From positions 13,748 to 77,747 of the forward strand of contig CAZXUC010000010.1 in NCBI GenBank assembly GCA_964643795.1: a DNA stretch of 64,000 nucleotides, read 5' to 3'. The position numbers and the translations under genes were made by a program. Positions 57,894-64,000 of the stretch are shown one piece after another (the stretch's first letter is position 1; every line of letters begins with the position of its first letter). The notes beneath the pieces were generated by a model. That model saw only the letters and a program-made list of their open reading frames with translations, did no database searches and was not told the origin of the DNA. This DNA is from an uncultured Halobacteriales archaeon (lineage in GTDB: Archaea; Thermoplasmatota; E2; JACPAO01; JAHFTW01).

Positions 57894-58780
57894 TGACAGC
57901 CCCGCCGCCTGCGACGGCAAATGGTCAAACCCGCGCACGGCTTGGCCACGTCGTGGAAGAACCGGTCCGGCGCACGCTTCTGCGCGACTTCTACGTCCCG
58001 CGGGCCGGCTACGCGCGCGTGGCCGCACTTGCCGACTGGGCGGGCGACCCCGAAATCGGGCGCTCGCTTGCGTACCGGTTCGGCAACCGCATCGTGCAAG
58101 CCAACAACGACATGCTCGGATCCCTCACTGGTCTGCCGGCGCAGTTCCGCGACAATTGGTCGATGCTATCCGACCCACGGCAACGCAACCTGCTTGCGCA
58201 CAGCCTCGTGGACGAGGCCCTCCTGACGCCGCGTCGTCGCAAGGCCGTCTTCAGCATGATGCTGTGGGGCAGTCTGTTCATCTGGATGATGGTCGGCCTC
58301 GTCGTCTTTGTCGTGAATCGAGAAGCCCTCGCCACTTACGAATCCGTGTATTCGCTCTTCTTCTATAGTCTCGCGACGAGCATCTTCCTGCCGACGCCTT
58401 TTGAGATTCTCCTAGGCAACGCCGTCGAGAACCTCGGCGTCGTGTGGACCGTGGCCATCGCTTCGCTGGCCAAGACGGCGGGTTCGTGGATTGTGTTGCT
58501 GATGGGCGACAAGGCCAACGAAGGCCTGTCCACGTTGCTCGAGAGGCGGCCCTTGCTGCGCCGAATGTTCAAAGCCCTGGAACGCTTCGCGCAACGCTTC
58601 GGCTACTTCGCCGTGTTCGTCCTCTTCGCCATTCCGTTAATGAGCGACACGGCGCCGCTGTTCATCCTGGCGGTCTTGAAGATGCGCAAGTCCGCGTTCC
58701 TTGCCGTGATGTGTCTCGCCATCATCGTGCGCAGCCTGCTCTACATCTACCTAGGCGACTTCTTCACGGGCTTGTTCTAA
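57893..58780 (+). CDS. Membrane protein with DedA/VTT-like C-terminal domain
   Basis: FLPTPFE, AKTAGS, RFGYFAVFVLFAIP, IIVRSL. Confidence 0.8.
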   Translation: MTAPPPATANGQTRARLGHVVEEPVRRTLLRDFYVPRAGYARVAALADWAGDPEIGRSLAYRFGNRIVQANNDMLGSLTGLPAQFRDNWSMLSDPRQRNLLAHSLVDEALLTPRRRKAVFSMMLWGSLFIWMMVGLVVFVVNREALATYESVYSLFFYSLATSIFLPTPFEILLGNAVENLGVVWTVAIASLAKTAGSWIVLLMGDKANEGLSTLLERRPLLRRMFKALERFAQRFGYFAVFVLFAIPLMSDTAPLFILAVLKMRKSAFLAVMCLAIIVRSLLYIYLGDFFTGLF

Positions 58781-58942
58781 GGGGCATAAGGCAGGCCCTA
58801 GGTGCTTGGCCTTACGTGCCTGGACCGCACTGCTCGACGACTAGGACGACGATGTCAAAGGCATCAAGATCACTTGTACCGGCATCGTGGTGCAGCACTT
58901 GGAAGGCCATTGCGAGCGCACTCCAATCGCTCCGCTCTGAGC

Positions 58943-60655
58943 CTATTGGTCATCAAATGCGACCGCGACTTGCATGGAGACCACATCCTCGAAGACCTGC
59001 GCCGATTGGATTAGGACCTCGAGACGCGCCGCCCCTGCAGTCGTCCACAATATGTCGTGCACCATCCAACCGCCGATGCCGTCGGGCATGGCCTGGCGGA
59101 CCTCGCCAGCCTCGGCTGCGGGGACGAAGACTGTCATCGTGATGCACGACCCAGTGGTCCTCCCGCATGTGTTGTTCGCGAGCGGCGGGCCGCCGTCGTG
59201 AGGCTTGATCGTGAACGAAGCCATGGAACTCGTGCCGACGCGTGGCGTTGGATGGAGCACGAGGATGACGTCATGATCCGTGCCGGTCGCCAGTATTACG
59301 GCGGACCCCGCCACGGGGTCCGCCGTCGGCGGCGCGACCGCAGTGAGCAAGCCTGCGACCAACAGGACGACGAGGCCAAGAGTGACCTCGACCCTGACGA
59401 TGCGACGGAAGGTGGGCACGTTGCCGCGCTCAGCCAAGCTGCCCCAACCGGCACGCCCTACGAAACGCTGCAGGAACCCCGCCAAACCAGAGGTGCGAGG
59501 CGCGTCGAGGAAGACGAAGCGGTTCACGGCGGCGGCGGCGACCATGACGGCAAGGAGCACGAGCTTCAAGGCCAGGAAGCGGCCCCACGGTCCAGCGAGG
59601 AGGACCGTCGGATTGAGGAGATTGTGTGCGCCGACCAAGATGAGCGCCGTCGTGAACCCGGTCGCCGCTAGGATGATGACGCAGCCGAGTGCCAGCGACC
59701 CGAACCGCCGGCCGACCCTCAGCGCTTCCACGGGGTCCGGCGCGGCGCGCGACAGCCACAGCAGGAGCACCGCGAGGCCGCCGACCCACGTCGCGGCTGC
59801 AAGCAGGTGCAGGGCATCGACGGCGATGGCGCCGACGCCGTGGGCGAACGAATGGCTAAGCATCGCCGCGGGGATGGCCGCGGCGGCGACCAAGATCCCT
59901 GCGAGCGGGGCGGCAAGTCGGCTTGGATTATTCGGGGACATTGCTAGCAAAGCCAGCACCAGGGCAGCTGCGCCGAGGATGAAGCGCCATGCGAACAGCC
60001 CTCCTGTCGAGGTTGCAAGGTACAGCGCGGGTGAAGCGAAGCCGCCCTCTTGGGCAGTATGCAGAAGGAGGGCCGCGACGCCTGAGGCATGCAGGAACGT
60101 GCCCATGGCAAGCATGGGAAGGGCAGGGGCCGCCGGGGTCGGGCGCAGCCAGGTCAAGAAGACGCACGCCCCCAACGTGAACGCGATGCCGGCGAACACG
60201 GCGAAGCGGGCAAGCGCCGCGAACAAGTCCACCGGCTCTGGGGCCGAAGCAGCCGGCGGGTCGTAGGGGCCGATGGCGAAGCCGAAGGTCTGCGTCCGGA
60301 GATGCGTGTCGCCCGAGAGGACGGTGTGCGTGACGAGGTAGGCGCCATCAGAAAGGTTCGCGATGAGGGCAACGCGCAGGACCGGATTCGCTGCACTGCC
60401 CATGACGGTCGTGCGGCCGACATCCACACGTAACCCGTCGGAACGCGTGACTTCGATGTGGGCGCTTGAGGGTTCAATCGGCTCGGAGAGTGTTACGAGG
60501 ATCTCCGTAGGTGCTACTTCGAGGCGGGCACCGGCGGCGGGCTCCGAGGTGAGACGGTCGGCGTGGCCCGCAATGGAGGGCAGCACCATGATGACCGCCA
60601 CAAGAAGGGATGCAACCAGCGCCAACCGAGGCAGCCGGAACACGAGCCGCGTCAA
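58943..60655 (-). CDS. CopC-CopD fusion copper-handling protein (YcnJ-like)
   Basis: Signal peptide then H(ADRLTSEP), SGDTH, SH..H, HLLAAATWVGGL, WGRFLALK. Confidence 0.9.
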   Translation of the reverse strand: MTRLVFRLPRLALVASLLVAVIMVLPSIAGHADRLTSEPAAGARLEVAPTEILVTLSEPIEPSSAHIEVTRSDGLRVDVGRTTVMGSAANPVLRVALIANLSDGAYLVTHTVLSGDTHLRTQTFGFAIGPYDPPAASAPEPVDLFAALARFAVFAGIAFTLGACVFLTWLRPTPAAPALPMLAMGTFLHASGVAALLLHTAQEGGFASPALYLATSTGGLFAWRFILGAAALVLALLAMSPNNPSRLAAPLAGILVAAAAIPAAMLSHSFAHGVGAIAVDALHLLAAATWVGGLAVLLLWLSRAAPDPVEALRVGRRFGSLALGCVIILAATGFTTALILVGAHNLLNPTVLLAGPWGRFLALKLVLLAVMVAAAAVNRFVFLDAPRTSGLAGFLQRFVGRAGWGSLAERGNVPTFRRIVRVEVTLGLVVLLVAGLLTAVAPPTADPVAGSAVILATGTDHDVILVLHPTPRVGTSSMASFTIKPHDGGPPLANNTCGRTTGSCITMTVFVPAAEAGEVRQAMPDGIGGWMVHDILWTTAGAARLEVLIQSAQVFEDVVSMQVAVAFDDQ

Positions 60656-60658
60656 GGG

Positions 60659-61405
60659 TCAGCGCCGCCGCAGTGCGAGGGCGACTAGGGCCAGGGCCAA
60701 TGCGACGGCACCAAGGGAGACACCTGGGGCGCCCGGGTCGTCACCTTGCGGGGTCGGTGAGGCCGAGGTTCCAGGCGCATGGCTACCGACCAACCGGTAA
60801 GAAGGCCGGGCTAATTCAGTGGGGGAGGCCATTTCGGCGCTCCCGACGGGGCCGCGTCCATCCTCGGTGGAGTACGTCCCAGGCATCACGTCTCCCGCGG
60901 TGGTGCCGTGGAACGCCTGGACCTGGAATTCCGAAATCACGTCGCCCGGAATTGCGCCTAGAGTTGATAGTCTGACCGTTCCCTCTACGGCGAAGCGGGC
61001 GCCGTCGCCAATCGGCCCTGTCGCGTTGACACGGTCGAACGTCCCGGTGAAGTGCAAGTTGTCGGTGGTGCGCAATTCAAACGACCGCACGCCTTGTCCG
61101 GTCCTGAATGTGAGTACGTCCACGAAGCCGTCGGCGGGCGCGCCGCCATTGAGGAGGAACCTGAACACCACGACCTGCGCTGCAAATGCCTCGTCCCACG
61201 CCTCACGCAAATCCATGGCGACCAGGTCGTGCGTCCCATTGCACTCCGCGGCGGCCGTGCCATCATCGCCGCTGCAATCGTCGTTCTGGTCAACGAGGAT
61301 CCGCACCTCGCCAGCGCGCGTCGCTGGTGGGCCATGCCCGGCGGCCAGCGGCAGCAACCACAGCCCCAACACGGCGATGGCGAGTTGGGCGTTGCGGCGC
61401 GGCAT
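60659..61405 (-). CDS. Secreted protein with PGF-CTERM-like anchor
   Basis: Signal peptide followed by His; HDLVAMDLRE; APGVSLGAVALALALVALALRRR. Confidence 0.78.
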   Translation of the reverse strand: MPRRNAQLAIAVLGLWLLPLAAGHGPPATRAGEVRILVDQNDDCSGDDGTAAAECNGTHDLVAMDLREAWDEAFAAQVVVFRFLLNGGAPADGFVDVLTFRTGQGVRSFELRTTDNLHFTGTFDRVNATGPIGDGARFAVEGTVRLSTLGAIPGDVISEFQVQAFHGTTAGDVMPGTYSTEDGRGPVGSAEMASPTELARPSYRLVGSHAPGTSASPTPQGDDPGAPGVSLGAVALALALVALALRRR

Positions 61406-61564
61406 GGCGAACTCGGGCCGCGCACGCCTCGCGCGCGTCAAAGCGGCGGCCCTCCCGCCGAGCCGGAGTCTTTTGTCACGGCTTGAACTGACCTGTTGCG
61501 TCCCATAAGCCTTGTCTTCGTGCGACGAGCGAGCACTCTTTGCTTGGCAATCATCTGTCCCGGC

Positions 61565-61870
61565 GTGGCTCATCCCAACTTGGCAACCGCCTCAGCCCTC
61601 ATCGCGGTCGTCGCATGCGTCAGCCTGATTCTGTTAGTCCTGGCCGCGGCGGCCTGGAGGCGCACCGGCAACAGCAAGCTGGGGTTCGTCACGGCTGCCT
61701 TTGCCTGCTTCTTCGTGAAGAGCGCAGTCACCGCCTACGCGATTGCGACCGAGGGCATCCACCATGAGGACCTGGAACTCCTCGGTACGGCGTTCGACTT
61801 GGCGATCGTCCTCCTGCTTGTCGCCCCCTTCATCCCCGTCACGCGCCGACTCGCACAGCGCCAACCATGA
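61565..61870 (+). CDS. Small three-TM membrane protein
   Basis: AWRRTGNSKLGFVTAAF...KS; ATGA overlap with the regulator gene. Confidence 0.78.
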   Translation: MAHPNLATASALIAVVACVSLILLVLAAAAWRRTGNSKLGFVTAAFACFFVKSAVTAYAIATEGIHHEDLELLGTAFDLAIVLLLVAPFIPVTRRLAQRQP

Positions 61871-62406
61871 CCGACCCCGTGCTTGGTCTCAAGATGCGCC
61901 GCCGCATCGTCGCGGTCGTCCAGGAATACCCCGGCCTGCATCTGCGCGAGGTGGCTCGACAGCTCGACACCTCCGTGGCGCTCGTGGAGTACCACGCCGC
62001 GATCCTGCTGCGCGCAGGCGTCTTGTCCGAACAAAGCGACGAGCGCTACAAACGCCTGTACCCTGCCCGACAATCTTCGTCGCGGGAGCAGAGCACGCCG
62101 TCGGCGCGGGACCGACCGCTCCTCGCCCTCTTGCGCGAACGTTGGCCGCTCGGCATCACGCTGCACTTGCTGGACAAGGGGCCCCAACCGCACAAGCAGA
62201 TGTGCGAAGACCTCGGCCTAGGCAAATCCAAACTCTCGTTCCACTTGCGCAAGCTCGAAGCGGCCGGCATCGTCGCCAAGTCCCATGATGGGCGCTTCAG
62301 GGTCCTTGACGAGGGCGTCGTCCATCGCATTCTCGTAGCGTACCCGCCGACGCGGGACTTGCGTGACGAGTTCGCAAACGTGTGGCTGACGCTCTACGGC
62401 GACTAG
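61867..62406 (+). CDS. Double winged-helix transcriptional regulator
   Basis: PGLHLREVARQL..VEYH; LGKSKLSFHLRKL. Confidence 0.88.
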   Translation: MTDPVLGLKMRRRIVAVVQEYPGLHLREVARQLDTSVALVEYHAAILLRAGVLSEQSDERYKRLYPARQSSSREQSTPSARDRPLLALLRERWPLGITLHLLDKGPQPHKQMCEDLGLGKSKLSFHLRKLEAAGIVAKSHDGRFRVLDEGVVHRILVAYPPTRDLRDEFANVWLTLYGD

Positions 62407-62434
62407 GGTTGGACGCCAAAGTCGCCGGACCGAT

Positions 62435-62493
62435 CCACTGAACCCACAGAACGCACTGAACGGCGGCTTCTGTGCCTTCAGTGCGTTCAGTGG
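62435..62493. repeat. Family I 9-nt-period palindrome between convergent genes
   Basis: CCACTGAACCCACAGAACGCACTGAA...TTCTGTGCCTTCAGTGCGTTCAGTGG. Confidence 0.82.
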
Positions 62494-62505
62494 CTGAGGC
62501 AGGCG

Positions 62506-62949
62506 TCAGCCAAAATCGATGCCGAGCATCTTGCCCATCTCATCGTAGGGATCGTCGGGGAACGCCAGCTTCTCGCCGCGCGGCAACCTGGCGAACCAGC
62601 GCTGTTCGACGATGGTCTCGTGTGGCGCCACTTCATCGACCTTCGTGCCAAGGCCTCCCGTGAATACGTAGCACGTCCCGTTCGGCTTGCGCAGCTTGAC
62701 GAGGAATTGCGGGCTGGAAAGTAAGTGACCGGTCTCCTCGCGAAACTCGCGTAATGCTCCGTGCACGGGGCCTTCATTGGATTCAATCTTGCCGCCGGGC
62801 AGTTCCCAGCCGCGCTCACGGTGGCGGACCATGAGGAACTCCCGCGCATCGGGTTGGCCTCGCACTGCCACGATTACGGTGTACTGCTGCGGCGCAGGTT
62901 CCGCGTCACTCGCCTTCGTCTTGGTCGCGGAGGTAGCTGCCAAGGTCAT
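62506..62949 (-). CDS. NUDIX hydrolase (start uncertain)
   Basis: WELPGGKIESNEGPVHGALREFREETG. Confidence 0.9.
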   Translation of the reverse strand: MTLAATSATKTKASDAEPAPQQYTVIVAVRGQPDAREFLMVRHRERGWELPGGKIESNEGPVHGALREFREETGHLLSSPQFLVKLRKPNGTCYVFTGGLGTKVDEVAPHETIVEQRWFARLPRGEKLAFPDDPYDEMGKMLGIDFG

Positions 62950-63433
62950 GGACGGGCTTGACAGCCTCGCGCGGGCCCTTGAAGCTGCCGACCACGACAC
63001 CGATGCCGACGGCTTCATGGCGTGGATTCGTCACGATGCAGGCGTCCCCGGGCGACAACGAAGCATCGAATGACATGACAGAATCCCCGAGGATGTTGCG
63101 GCTGTAGAGGAATAAGCGCGCCGCGTGTTCCGTGACACGCACGGCCTGTTTACGGGTGTGCGGCGCAGCTAGGACGGCGCCTTGCAGGTCGAGGTGGAAC
63201 GTGCCGTCCTCAATCGTGCCGATGGGAAGTCCCGCGGTCTCGGCGCCTTCCAGAAGTTCCGGGGGAAGTTCAAGGAGTTCCTGCGACACGAGGAGGGCGA
63301 ATGGGACGCCGTCGCGCTCGGCCACGGCGACGTAGCAGCCAGCGGCAATGCGGCCACCGAGGCCTTTCTCCAAGCCTTCGAAGAACCCGAAGACGATGTC
63401 CTCCTCGTCGGGCGTGGCGGCCCGGACGCTCAT
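62906..63433 (-). CDS. nip7: NIP7-like PUA-domain ribosome biogenesis protein
   Basis: AGLPIG, ARLFLYSRNI, AVGIG, DLGSYLR; coupled to the NOP2-family gene. Confidence 0.8.
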   Translation of the reverse strand: MSVRAATPDEEDIVFGFFEGLEKGLGGRIAAGCYVAVAERDGVPFALLVSQELLELPPELLEGAETAGLPIGTIEDGTFHLDLQGAVLAAPHTRKQAVRVTEHAARLFLYSRNILGDSVMSFDASLSPGDACIVTNPRHEAVGIGVVVGSFKGPREAVKPVHDLGSYLRDQDEGE

Positions 63434-64000
63434 GCTCTGCCTCCCTTGCGCAACCTCGCCACGAAGAAGCCCAAGGTAGGGTGGACGCCGGGCAGGAACC
63501 GCCGAGCCTTTGCAAGTTGGGCATCAAGCGTCAACCCGGGCCACTCCGTGACTCCATGTGCCAGAGGCCGGCCTGCGCAGCGGTCGAAGGGCAACGTTTC
63601 CATGCGGTAGCCGCGGTCGAGGAGCCGCTGCACCTGGCCCTCGTTTTCCTCTGGACCGAACGTGCATGTCGCATACACGAGCGTGCCACCCGGCTTGAGG
63701 ACGCGGTCGGCCGCGTCGACGAGTTCGGATTGCAGCGCACAGAAGCGAACCATGTCCTCGGGGCGCCCTTGGCGGCGATTGCGGTCCTTGGGAATCGTGC
63801 CCTCGCCGGTGCACGGCGCATCGAGCAAGACCTTGTCCGCCCAGGCCAGGCCCGGAAGTTCTTGGGCGTCGTGGCTGCGCAGGACCGCCGACGTGACGCC
63901 GCAGCGTTCCAGATTGAAGCGTAGCGCGCGCATCCGGTCGGCGTCGGGCTCGACGGCAACGATGGCCCCGCGCTGACCGGACGTCGGCCCAGGCAGGAGG
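63430..64000 (-). CDS. RsmB/NOP2-family RNA m5C methyltransferase (5' end outside the window)
   Basis: VLLDAPCTGEG, LKPGGTLVYATCT, EENE, GFFVARL. Confidence 0.93.
   Translation of the reverse strand, partial: LLPGPTSGQRGAIVAVEPDADRMRALRFNLERCGVTSAVLRSHDAQELPGLAWADKVLLDAPCTGEGTIPKDRNRRQGRPEDMVRFCALQSELVDAADRVLKPGGTLVYATCTFGPEENEGQVQRLLDRGYRMETLPFDRCAGRPLAHGVTEWPGLTLDAQLAKARRFLPGVHPTLGFFVARLRKGGRA

Noticed and set aside
1-64000. Transposase, integron integrase, rRNA or defence operon
   Set aside because: No DDE, HUH or tyrosine-recombinase motifs and no rRNA-like sequence were recognised; only a broken DUF1016 nuclease is present.

Overview
GC-rich archaeal chromosome segment, most likely Thermoplasmatota. 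Markers are aRF1, PheS, Csl4, Rpo11, TruD, RFC-S, class I CCA enzyme, TBP, NIP7/NOP2, the HMGS-thiolase-DUF35 cluster, DUF5611 and DUF2116. About 70 CDSs can be supported, plus three intact tRNAs (CAT, Ala-GGC, Phe-GAA). Metabolic and resistance genes include an arsC-MIP-arsC cluster, a CBS/CGL pair, a PPi-type PFK, methylmalonyl-CoA mutase/epimerase with BirA, and a CopC/D copper cluster. There are many lipoproteins and CTERM-anchored surface proteins, and several decayed genes (phosphoesterase, SRAP, DUF1016, a CTERM protein). No CRISPR array, rRNA, integrase or transposase was seen. Two non-coding signals stand out. (1) A dense set of dispersed, nested palindromic intergenic repeats is built from 9-nt units; it falls into several sub-families, forms mosaics, and similar units occur in frame inside genes. 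(2) Structured tRNA trailers repeat the tRNA's own 3' end about 110-140 nt downstream, including a tRNA-like RNA with an enlarged D-arm and a possible two-state RNA switch behind tRNA-Phe. All calls are by eye from motifs; no searches were run, and many start codons are best guesses.
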